Made by a program: the position numbers and the translations under genes
Shown: piece by piece, positions 29,055 through 37,600 of the stretch
Position numbering within the stretch: position 1 is the stretch's first letter
Layout of the letters: each line of letters starts with the position of its first letter
Assembly (NCBI GenBank): GCA_963754315.1
Contig: CAVWFS010000015.1
Span: 86,207-150,206 of the forward strand
Length of the DNA stretch: 64,000 nt
Origin: an uncultured Candidatus Rokubacteria bacterium
GTDB lineage: Bacteria > Methylomirabilota > Methylomirabilia > Rokubacteriales > CSP1-6
Direction: 5' to 3'
The notes under the pieces: model-generated
Database searches by the model: none
What the model was told of the DNA's origin: nothing
The model's input: only the letters and a program-made list of their open reading frames with translations

Positions 29055-29323
29055 GGGGGGCCTCGAAGGGCCCCCTGGCCCCCCGCGCTCGGGACGTCCC
29101 GGGGAACCCGTGACGCCCCTCGGGATTACGCGGCGATGCTGGGGCCTCGAAGGGCCCCCTGGCCCCCCAGCGCTCGGGGACGTCCCGGGGAACCCGTGAC
29201 GCCCCTCGGGATTACGCGGCGATGCTGGGGCCTCGAAGGGCCCCCTGGCCCCGCGCTCGGGACGTCCCGGGGAACCCGTGACGCCCCTCGGGATTACGTC
29301 GCGGTGTGGGGCCTCGAAGGGCC
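29055..29323. repeat. GC-rich tandem repeat, about 84-bp unit x about 3.3 copies, each unit containing short palindromes
   Basis: Units start at about 29057, 29141, 29227 and 29307 (the last is partial). The unit is GGGGCCTCGAAGGGCCCCCTGGCCCCCCGCGCTCGGGACGTCCCGGGGAACCCGTGACGCCCCTCGGGATTACGCGGCGATGCT. It contains the hairpin GGGGCC-TCGAA-GGGCCCC and the perfect palindrome GGGACGTCCC. It lies between convergent fadD-like and yfbR genes. Confidence 0.8.
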
Positions 29324-29334
29324 CAGTTCTACGA

Positions 29335-29913
29335 CTACTTGAGTTCGTCGAGGGTGAGGCGGAAGCTGGGCACGAAGGTGCGGAGGAAGTAGCGCACCTC
29401 GGGAAGGTCGATGCCTTCAACGCTTTCCCGAAGGACTTTCTCCGCCTCCACGAACTCCCGGTTTCCGGCGCTGGTCTCCTCCAGACACTTGATGTAGGCG
29501 CAGAGCTTGTCAGCGGCCTTGATAAGGTCCACGTAGGGGCCGTCAGCCGCGCCCGGCTCCAGGAGAGCCCGGTAGTCCGGCTGCAGGGCGGCTGGAAGCA
29601 TGCCGAGCAGCCTTTCCCGAGCCACCCGCTCGATGACGTGGTAGGCACGTTCGATCTCGGGGGTGAAGTACTTCACCGGACGTGGCAAATCTCCCGTGAG
29701 CACCTCGCTGGCATCGTGGTAGATCGCCGCCACTGCCGCTCGCTCCGGGCTGACATCGCCAGCGAACAGCCGGTTGCGGATGACGGCCAGGGCGTGCGTG
29801 ATCATCGCCACCCGCAAGCTGTGCTCCTGGATGTTCTCCGTCTGGGTGCTATGCATGAGTCCCCAGCGCTGGATGAACTTCATGCGGGCCATCCAGGCGA
29901 AGAAGTGGCTCAT
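29335..29913 (-). CDS. yfbR: HD-domain 5'-deoxynucleotidase YfbR-like
   Basis: ...MHSTQTENIQEHSLRVAMITHALAVI...IYHDASEVLTGDLP has the HD motif arrangement of YfbR. Confidence 0.8.
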   Translation of the reverse strand: MSHFFAWMARMKFIQRWGLMHSTQTENIQEHSLRVAMITHALAVIRNRLFAGDVSPERAAVAAIYHDASEVLTGDLPRPVKYFTPEIERAYHVIERVARERLLGMLPAALQPDYRALLEPGAADGPYVDLIKAADKLCAYIKCLEETSAGNREFVEAEKVLRESVEGIDLPEVRYFLRTFVPSFRLTLDELK

Positions 29914-29935
29914 CCGACGCCGCCCTTGGCCTCTC

Positions 29936-30313
29936 TCAGCGAGGCTTCAGTTCGATCATGTAGCCGTCGGGATCGCGCAGATATAGCGAGGGGCCGGTCC
30001 CGTAAGCGCCCCGCCGGCTGGCGATCCCGCCCTGGAGCTGCACGCCGCGCGCCTGAAGGTCAGAGGCCACCTTCGCCAGATCATCACAGTGAATCGACAG
30101 ACACACGTGATCGACACCCCCGGACCCGCGCGGACGTTCCGCGGTGATCGGGAGTAAATCGATGTAGTGCTCGCCGAAGCGCAGGTGGATGAGCGAGATC
30201 CGCTCGTTGACGTGATCGAGCGTACAGCCGAGGACGTCCTGGTAGAAGCGCTGCGAGGCTTGCTGATCGCGCACGACCAGCACCACGTGATCCAGACCAA
30301 GCGGGGTGAACAT
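29936..30313 (-). CDS. VOC family protein (glyoxalase/bleomycin-resistance/dioxygenase fold)
   Basis: MFTPLGLDHVVLVVRDQQASQRFYQDVLGCTL...YLRDPDGYMIEL. Start is taken at internal Met 30313. Confidence 0.7.
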   Translation of the reverse strand: MFTPLGLDHVVLVVRDQQASQRFYQDVLGCTLDHVNERISLIHLRFGEHYIDLLPITAERPRGSGGVDHVCLSIHCDDLAKVASDLQARGVQLQGGIASRRGAYGTGPSLYLRDPDGYMIELKPR

Positions 30314-30348
30314 GGGCGCCTCCTGTTGGGACTCTGCCCTGATCATAC

Positions 30349-31545
30349 TCACGCACGGCGCTGGCGATGGATGGCATTGCGGCCGAGCCAGAGGGCAGTG
30401 GCGGCCGCCGCCGACAGGGCAGCAAATACCCCCCAGGCCACGGCGTAGGAATCGGTTCCTTCAAGTATGAGTCCGAACAGCGGGGCACCGAGTGGAATCC
30501 CGGTGAAGATCACGCCCATCGCCACCCCCGTCAGGAGACCGGCCTGCTCGCGACCACCGAGCTCGGCGCTCACCACCAGGTAGAGACCCACCCAGCCGAG
30601 GGTCCCGACACCGGCCCAGAAGGTGACCAGAGCCGCCACCACCCACGATATGGCCGGGGGCCAGGCGAACAGCATCAGCGAGAGAGCACCGATCACACAC
30701 GTCAGCACGAGCCAGGGAACGCGCTGGCCACCGAGCCAGCGGTCGCTGGCCATGCCGAGGGCGAGGCGAGCCACCGTCCCTCCTCCCTGGGCGACGGCAA
30801 GGAGGATGCCCGCACTCACCGTGCTCAGCCCGAAACCCTGGGTGGCGAAGAGCGGCAAGTAGCCGAGCACTGCCGATTGCACCATGCCGAGCACGAGGCC
30901 CGTGGCGAAGAAGATCACGAGGGCCGGCCGCCCGAGCCACCACCAGATCGCCGTCTCTCTCGCTGAGCTCTCCTGACGCTCCGGGACGGTCAGGGCGGCA
31001 AGTGGGCGCCATGCGAGGATGACCGGGACGAACGCCACCACGGCGCCAAGCACGAGCGCGGCGCGCCACCCCCAGCGCACCGCGACCGCCGGCAGTACCA
31101 TCGCCGAGGCAATCCCGCCGATGGTCAGCCCCATTTGCTTGATGCCCATGGCGACCCCGCGCTCGCCCAGCGGAAACAGCTCGATGATGGCGCGGCCGAG
31201 GGCAGGATTCACGATGCTCCACCCCATCCCCACCAGCGCGAGGCAGCCGAGCAAGACCCCGAAGCTCGACGCGGTTGCGCCCGCCCCGAGGACGGCGCCA
31301 CAGAGGGCCAGGCCACCGATCAAGCAGATGCGGGCACCGAAGCGATCCGCGAAGCGCCCGGCCGGCAGCGAAACCAGGAACCCTCCAAGATAGACGGCGG
31401 GCAATAGCAGACCTACCTCGAAGCGTGTCAGCCCGAATGCAGTCAGGAGGATCGGGGAGAGCGGCGACACGCCGAGGACGCCGAAGGCACCGGCAGCGTA
31501 GGCGACAGTCAGGTAGGCGAGCAACCGCCAGCGACGTGGGCTCAC
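30349..31545 (-). CDS. MFS transporter
   Basis: 12-TM-like hydrophobic profile; ...LPAGRFADRFGAR... is the MFS signature loop. Start is uncertain (GTG 31545; the track ATG 31629 would overlap the upstream gene by 60 nt). Confidence 0.75.
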   Translation of the reverse strand: MSPRRWRLLAYLTVAYAAGAFGVLGVSPLSPILLTAFGLTRFEVGLLLPAVYLGGFLVSLPAGRFADRFGARICLIGGLALCGAVLGAGATASSFGVLLGCLALVGMGWSIVNPALGRAIIELFPLGERGVAMGIKQMGLTIGGIASAMVLPAVAVRWGWRAALVLGAVVAFVPVILAWRPLAALTVPERQESSARETAIWWWLGRPALVIFFATGLVLGMVQSAVLGYLPLFATQGFGLSTVSAGILLAVAQGGGTVARLALGMASDRWLGGQRVPWLVLTCVIGALSLMLFAWPPAISWVVAALVTFWAGVGTLGWVGLYLVVSAELGGREQAGLLTGVAMGVIFTGIPLGAPLFGLILEGTDSYAVAWGVFAALSAAAATALWLGRNAIHRQRRA

Positions 31546-31565
31546 GGGCAGGGCTTGGTGGCGCT

Positions 31566-32771
31566 CTACACGACCCCGCGGGCGCGGAGGCCGGCGAGGT
31601 CGTCGCTCGTCAGGCCAAGCCGCCCACAATAGATCTCCTCGTTATCGCCGCCCACGGCCACCGGACCCGGGTGGTCGATGGCCCCGGGGGTCAGGCTGAG
31701 CTTCGGCACGATCCCCGCCATGTGAAGGACACCGCCGAGCGGATTGGGCACCTCCACGATGTTCTCGCGGGCCGCCACCTGGGGGTCCGCGAAAAGGTCG
31801 GCCACGCTGTTCACGAGCGAGCACGGGACCTGAGCGGCATCGAGGCGAGCCAGTGCCTCGGAGGCGTCGAAGGCCCCTACCCACTCACCCACGATTCGAT
31901 CGAGCTCGTCTCGGCGCCGGATGCGCTCAGGCATGGACGCGAATTCTGCCAGCAGCTCGGGGCGCTCCATGGCGTGCGTCACGAGTCGTTCGAACATCCG
32001 GTCGTTCGTGCACGCGATCGCAATCCAGCTCCCGTCGCGAGCGCGGTAGTGATTGTGTGGAACGACGTATTCTGTTCCCGAACCGATGCGCTCTCGTTGG
32101 TGTCCCACCGCCCCGTAGACGGGGATCAGCTCATCGAGCATGCGCAGCATCGGCTCGTAGAGGGCCACGTCGACCACCTGCCCCTGCCCCGTACGCTGTC
32201 GGTGCTGGAGCGCAACGAGCGCTCCCAGCGCTCCCATCGTCCCGGCGAGGTAGTCGGGGATGGTAGGGGTCCCAGGGGTTACGGGCGGCCGATCAGGGTA
32301 CCCCGAGAGATAGCTCACTCCACTCACGGCGGCGGCGATACGGCCGAAGCCGGGACGCGCGCGGGCTGGCCCCGTCTGGCCAAAGGCAGAGATGCGCACC
32401 ATGACGAGCCCAGGGTTGACCGCGCACAGATCCTCCCAGCCAAGGCACCAACCCTCCATCGTGCCCGGGCGAAAGTTCTCGGCGAGAATGTCCGTCTGGG
32501 TGGCCAGGCGCTTCATGAGGGCCTGGCCTTCGGGCGCGCGGAGGTTACAGGTGATGGACTTCTTGTTGCGCGACTCGACCAACCACATGTAGGCGGGCCC
32601 CGGGCCGGCTCCGCGCCCGAGGCGCCGCAGGTCATCGCCGATGCCGGGCTGTTCGACCTTGATGACCTCAGCCCCGAATTCGCCAAGCAACGTACAGCAG
32701 AATGGCGCCGCGATGAACGTGGCCAGGTCGAGGACACGTACACCCGTCAGGGCACGCGCGTTGGCGCTCAT
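31566..32771 (-). CDS. CoA-transferase family III (CaiB/BaiF-like)
   Basis: MSANARALTGVRVLDLATFIAAPFCCTLLGEFGAEVIKVEQP...DILAENFRPGTME. Typical length, 401 aa. Confidence 0.85.
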   Translation of the reverse strand: MSANARALTGVRVLDLATFIAAPFCCTLLGEFGAEVIKVEQPGIGDDLRRLGRGAGPGPAYMWLVESRNKKSITCNLRAPEGQALMKRLATQTDILAENFRPGTMEGWCLGWEDLCAVNPGLVMVRISAFGQTGPARARPGFGRIAAAVSGVSYLSGYPDRPPVTPGTPTIPDYLAGTMGALGALVALQHRQRTGQGQVVDVALYEPMLRMLDELIPVYGAVGHQRERIGSGTEYVVPHNHYRARDGSWIAIACTNDRMFERLVTHAMERPELLAEFASMPERIRRRDELDRIVGEWVGAFDASEALARLDAAQVPCSLVNSVADLFADPQVAARENIVEVPNPLGGVLHMAGIVPKLSLTPGAIDHPGPVAVGGDNEEIYCGRLGLTSDDLAGLRARGVV

Positions 32772-32789
32772 AGCAGGCCGCGCCTGGCG

Positions 32790-35313
32790 CTACTCCTGCC
32801 TGAGCACGGGCAACGGCTTCTCGCCGAGCAGCCGGAAGGTCGCCAGGAATCCCACCAGGAGCGCAACGGCCGCAGTGAGGGTGACGCCGACGACAAGCGC
32901 CTCCGGCTCGAACGTCCACGGGACCTCGAGAAGGTAGCGCAAGACCACCCACGAGAGCGCCATGGCCAGGGCGCTTCCGCCCAGGCCCGCCGCCACCCCC
33001 ACACAGGCGTACTCGACCGCGAAGATGCGCGCCACCACGCCCCGGGTGGCCCCGAGCGTTCGCCAGATCACCGACTCGCGCAAGCGCGTGTAACGACTCG
33101 CCGTGAGGGCCGAAATCATGACCACCAGACCGGCGCCGATGCTGAAGAGCGCCATCATCCGAATGGCCACGGCCATCTGATCGAGCACGGTCGCCACTCG
33201 CTCGAGCACGTCGCGCACGGGTATGGCCGTCACGTTGGGAAACGCGGTCACGACGGCGCCCTGGACGCGAGTCTCGTTGGCCGCAGGGACTCGGCTCGTC
33301 GCGACGAACGTGCCCGGCGCACCATCGAGGGCGCCCGGCGAGAGAATCATGAAAAAGTTGGTGGACAGCGTCTGCCAGTCGACCTTCCGAGTGCTCGTCA
33401 CCTCCGCCTCGACCGGCACGCCTTGCACCTCGAAGGTGAGGCGGTCGCCCACACCGATTCCGAGCTGCCTGGCCACGGCCTCCTCGACCGAGACGAGGGG
33501 CCGCGTCCAGTCGGTCGGGGCGCCACCAGTGCCCGCGGACGAGCACGTTGGCAGGAGGAAGATCGGCGGCGTAGGTCAGGACATACTCGCGGCGGAGATA
33601 CCAGGAGCCCTCGCTGTTCGGGCCGCCGCGCCGAGCATCGATCATGGCGCGGGTTACGGGCTGACCGTTGATGGCCGCCAGGCGCGAGCGCACCACGGGC
33701 GTGAGCACGGGGAGGGCGCCTCCTGCGGCCTCGGCTGCCACCCGCACGAACTCCTCGCGTTGATCGGGCTGTATATCGATGAAGAAGAACGACGGAGCCT
33801 CCCGCCGCTGCTCGTGATCGATCTGGCGGCCAAGGCTTGCCTCGAGCAACGCTACCGACACCAGCAGCATCACTCCGACTCCGAGCGCGATGACGATGCC
33901 CTCCGTCTGTGACCCGGGACGCGCGAGGTTGGCCACACCCTGCCGCCAGGCCAGCCCGCTCAAGCGCGGCCGCTGGCGCGCCGCCAGCGCCACCAAACGG
34001 GCCAGGCTCACCAGGAGCAGGAGTGCCGCTACCGAAGCGCCCACGAAGATCCCACCGAGCTTCCATGATCCGGCCTGCCAGAAGGCCAGCGCGACCAGGC
34101 CAAGCGCGATGGGCACGGCCGCGGCCGATGGTCTCCGCTTGGAGGCAGGATCGACCTCGTGACGCAGGAGAAGGGAGGGTCGTACCGTCCGGATGGCGAG
34201 CAAGGGCCAGAGGGCGCAAAGAAGTGCTGTCAAGACTCCCATCGCGAACGCTCGCCCGATGGTCAGCAGGTCCGGCCGCGACGATACCTCGATGGGCAGG
34301 ATGCCGGTCAGGACACCCACGACGATCGATTGCAAGGCCACGCCGAGAACGACTCCCGCCACGCTGGCGGCGACCGCCACGATCTGAGTCTGCAGGAGGT
34401 AGCCCGTCAGGAGCACTCGCGAGCTGGCCCCGAGAACTTTCAATATGGCGATCGTCGGACGCTGACGCCTCATGAACGTTGCCACGGCCGAGGCCACGCC
34501 GATGCCGCCGACCAGGAGGCTGACGAGCCCGATCAGACCAAGGTACGTCGCCATCTGGGAGAAGAAACGCCGCAGCCCAGGCTGCGCCTCGTTGAAGGAC
34601 GTCACCCTGATGGTCGGGTCCGAGATTTCGCGCGCGATGGCCTCCCGGCTCTCGCGCGCCGCCATTCTATCGGGCAAGCGAAGCAGGGTTCGGTAGCGTA
34701 CACGGCTCCCGAACTGGAGGAGCCCTGTGCCTTCGAGTGTCTGGCCGCTGATCAGCACGCGCGGTCCCAGCCCGAAGCCCACCGGGCTGTCCGGCTCCTT
34801 ACGCACAACGCCTCGGATGGTCACCGTCCCGTTGCCGACCAGGATACGGTCACCGACTCTCATGTCGAGCCGCGCCAGCAACGTCTCGTGCACGAGAGCA
34901 CCACCGTCGGCGAGCAGCTCTGCCAGTGGACGTTCGGGCTCGGTCTGCATGCGGCCGTACAGGGGATAGTCTGGCTCCACCGCTTTCAGCTCGACCAGCA
35001 GGGAACCCCCAGCACGAGGATCGCGGACCATCCCGACGAGCTCCCGCACACGGGTCACGGCAGCTCCGGCCGAGGCAACCCGCTCCACGGCCTGTGTTGC
35101 CTCGTCCCCAAGGGGACGCATGGCCCGAAGCTCGAGGTCCCCACCCATGAGCGTCCTGGCCTCACGGGTCAGAGCGCGGTCAACGTTGGCGGCAAGCGTG
35201 CCGACCGAGGCCAGCGCCGCCACCCCGACGGCGACGCAGGCGAAAAAGCCAACGAAGTGGCGCCACCCGCCCCGCATCTCGCGCAGGGCTATTAAGATGG
35301 GGGGCCCCGACAT
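32790..35313 (-). CDS. ABC transporter permease with two FtsX domains (YbbP-like), split by a frameshift near 33525
   Basis: The N-terminal part is in ORF 32668..35448 up to ...VLVRGHWWRP. The C-terminal part is in 32790..33476 (...QLGIGVGDRLTFEVQGVPVEAEV... second FtsX domain). The junction lies in gcgccccgacc. Removing one C gives the continuous HWWRPTDWTRPLVSVEEAVARQLGIG. The N-terminus is tentatively MSGPPILIALREMRGG at 35313, inside the repeat. Confidence 0.75.
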
Positions 35314-35478
35314 GGCCCCCCATACCCCCCAACGCTCGGGGCGCCCCGGGACACCCGGGTCACCCCTCGACATGACGCCAGCTTCTGGGGCCCCGATATG
35401 GCCCCCATACCCCCCAGCGCTCGGGGCGCCCCGGGATACCCGGGTCACCCCTCGACATGACGCCAGCCTCTTAACGTG
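35297..35478. repeat. about 2 copies of the same GC-rich about 84-bp repeat family, between the ABC ATPase and its permease
   Basis: Unit is GGGGCCCCGACATGGCCCCCATACCCCCCAACGCTCGGGGCGCCCCGGGACACCCGGGTCACCCCTCGACATGACGCCAGC. It aligns block for block with the 29055 unit (...CGCTCGGG.CG.CCCGGG.A.CCCG.G.C.CCCCTCG...). The second copy starts at about 35388. Confidence 0.7.
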
Positions 35479-35490
35479 GGGGGCCCCATC

Positions 35491-36186
35491 TCAGAGCCCA
35501 GCCTGATCGGCGGGCGGATGGCCGTTGCCGTTGACGAGGCGACCGTCCAGGAGGCTCACGATCCGATCAGCGTGGGCGGCCAGAGCCGGATCATGGGTGA
35601 CGAGCAGGAGCGTGCTTCCCCGTTCCCGTCTGAGCCGCAGCATCAGATCGATGATGGCGGCCCCGGTGGCGGAATCGAGGTTTCCGGTGGGCTCGTCGGC
35701 GAGGAGCAACTTCGGTCGAAGCGCCACCGCGCGCGCGAGCGCCACGCGCTGTTGCTCTCCCCCGGAGAGCTGCGCCGGATAGTGATGGGCGCGCCGGGTC
35801 AGGCCGACCTCGCTCAGGAGCCCTGCCGCACGGGTCAGGGCGTCGGCGTGGCCGGCGAGCTCGAGCGGAACCGCCACGTTTTCGCGCGCGCTGAGGGTCG
35901 GTATCAAGTTGAACGACTGGAAAACGTAGCCGATTCGTTGGCACCGGAAGCCCGCGAGCATATTCTCCGAGAGTCCGGTGATCTCGATGCCATCGACCTC
36001 GATACTCCCCGTGGTCGGCTGATCCAGCCCCGCGATCAGTCCGAGCAAGGTCGACTTGCCACTCCCGGAGGGGCCGGTGATGGCCACGAACTCGCCGGCC
36101 GCCACCTCGAGGTGAATTGCGTCGAGGATCGGGACGGGACGACCACCGCTGGCGAGACGCATAGAAAGGTCCCGTACCCGGATCAT
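35491..36186 (-). CDS. ABC transporter ATP-binding protein (YbbA/LolD/MacB-type)
   Basis: MIRVRDLSMRLASGGRPVPILDAIHLEVAAGEFVAITGPSGSGKSTLL (Walker A), [27 protein letters not shown]. Confidence 0.85.
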   Translation of the reverse strand: MIRVRDLSMRLASGGRPVPILDAIHLEVAAGEFVAITGPSGSGKSTLLGLIAGLDQPTTGSIEVDGIEITGLSENMLAGFRCQRIGYVFQSFNLIPTLSARENVAVPLELAGHADALTRAAGLLSEVGLTRRAHHYPAQLSGGEQQRVALARAVALRPKLLLADEPTGNLDSATGAAIIDLMLRLRRERGSTLLLVTHDPALAAHADRIVSLLDGRLVNGNGHPPADQAGL

Positions 36187-36212
36187 CTTGAATCCCATAC
36201 TACACTCGGGTC

Positions 36213-36833
36213 ATGAGACACGCCGCCCTCGCGGTAGTGCTCGTCGCCCTGGCGCTGACCGGCGTGGTCGAAGACATCTCGGCGGAAGAGACGCTCGCCG
36301 TGCTGGGTGACAGTCTCACCGCCGGCTTCGGCATCGGCCTTGAGGAGGCATTCCCGGCCCTCCTCCAGGAGCGGCTCCGGCGAGAGGGTTACGACTATCG
36401 AGTCGTCAACGCGGGCGTGAGCGGCGACACCACGGCCGGAGGCCTCAGGCGGGTGGACTGGGTGCTCCGCACACGACCGTCCATCGTCATCGTGGCCCTC
36501 GGCGGCAACGACGGCCTGCGCGGCCTCAGCGTGGATGCGATGCGCGAGAACCTGGAGGAAATCATCGCGCGTATCCGGGCCAGCGGCGCCCGGGTTCTGC
36601 TGGCCGGCATGCGGGTGCCTCCCAACTATGGTGGGGAATACGCGCGCGCGTTTGCTGCGGCCTTCCCGGCGGTGGCGCGCAAGGCTGGTGTCTCCCTGAT
36701 GCCATTCCTGCTCGACGGAGTGGCCGGCGACCCGGGTCTGAACCAGCCCGATGGCATCCATCCCAATGCGCGCGGTCAGCAGGTCGTCGCTGCGCGGCTC
36801 TGGCCCTATCTGACCCCGCTGCTACCGAAGTAA
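36213..36833 (+). CDS. SGNH/GDSL hydrolase, arylesterase / acyl-CoA thioesterase I (TesA-like)
   Basis: Signal peptide, then LAVLGDSLTAGFG (GDSL block I), ALGGNDG (block III), DGIHPN (block V). It is divergent from the ybbA/ybbP-like genes, as tesA is in E. coli. Confidence 0.8.
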   Translation: MRHAALAVVLVALALTGVVEDISAEETLAVLGDSLTAGFGIGLEEAFPALLQERLRREGYDYRVVNAGVSGDTTAGGLRRVDWVLRTRPSIVIVALGGNDGLRGLSVDAMRENLEEIIARIRASGARVLLAGMRVPPNYGGEYARAFAAAFPAVARKAGVSLMPFLLDGVAGDPGLNQPDGIHPNARGQQVVAARLWPYLTPLLPK

Positions 36834-36927
36834 CGCCGCCGGTAGTGGATGGGTCAGGGGCCGCCCCCATCCGGCGGTCCCCGGTATTTCCGACGGCTCC
36901 GCTCGGTCCGGTCTCTACCATGGGAGA

Positions 36928-37584
36928 GTGGCCGTTTGGCTTCCCCTGCTCGCGCTCGTTATCACAAGCGCTGCGTGCAGCACGTTCCCGGAGGGCGCGT
37001 ACCATCCCTTGGCACGCGATCCGCATGCCACCGCTGTGGCACGATCGCTCCACCGCGCAGCGCTGGCCGCTGACGACGACCCCAAACGCTACACGTTCGC
37101 CATGATCCAGACGCGGGACATCGCCGCCTATACCACGGACGATGCGTCGTTCTACTTCACCGACGGGCTCGCCCGCCTACCCGCACCGAGCCTAGACGCG
37201 CTCGTCGCGCAGCAGGTCGCGCACGAGATTCTCGGCCACCTCGGGCGGCGCCGCGCCCTCTCCCTCTCGATGGCGGCGGGATTCACGGTCTTCGGCTTCA
37301 TCGTACCCGGGATGGGACTGGTCGACTACCTCGTGAGCCCGCTCGTGGTGCGCGCGTACACGCGGGATCAGGTCCTCGCGGCCGATGGCAAGGCGGTGGA
37401 GATTCTCTCTTCAATGGGCTATCGGGCGCCCCGACGCGTGATGGCTGATGCGATCCGGACGGCCACCGCCCACCGTCCCGCTCAGGGAGGGGTGTTGGAT
37501 ACGGAGCCCAGTTCCGATGATCGCCTGACGGCCCTGGAGCCGCTGGAGTCCGTCTCGCGGAAAGCGGGGCCCCGCGCGCGCTGA
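36928..37584 (+). CDS. lipoprotein with HExxH zinc-metallopeptidase motif (M48-like)
   Basis: Lipobox LLALVITSAAC; QVAHEILGHLGRRR (HExxH); AADGKAVEILSSMGY resembles the M48 C-terminal region. Start GTG 36928. Confidence 0.6.
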   Translation: MAVWLPLLALVITSAACSTFPEGAYHPLARDPHATAVARSLHRAALAADDDPKRYTFAMIQTRDIAAYTTDDASFYFTDGLARLPAPSLDALVAQQVAHEILGHLGRRRALSLSMAAGFTVFGFIVPGMGLVDYLVSPLVVRAYTRDQVLAADGKAVEILSSMGYRAPRRVMADAIRTATAHRPAQGGVLDTEPSSDDRLTALEPLESVSRKAGPRAR

Positions 37585-37600
37585 AACGAGACCGAATCTC

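Noticed and set aside
29055-29323. Possibility that the tandem repeats are CRISPR arrays
   Set aside because: Units are about 84 bp and directly abutting with no unique spacers, and no cas genes are in the window. The architecture is tandem-satellite or REP-like, not CRISPR.
31275-33671. 798-aa plus-strand ORF (and 34159..35295 plus, 378 aa)
   Set aside because: It is antisense to the MFS, CoA-transferase and FtsX-permease genes. Extreme Arg/Gly/His/Asp bias, no domains.
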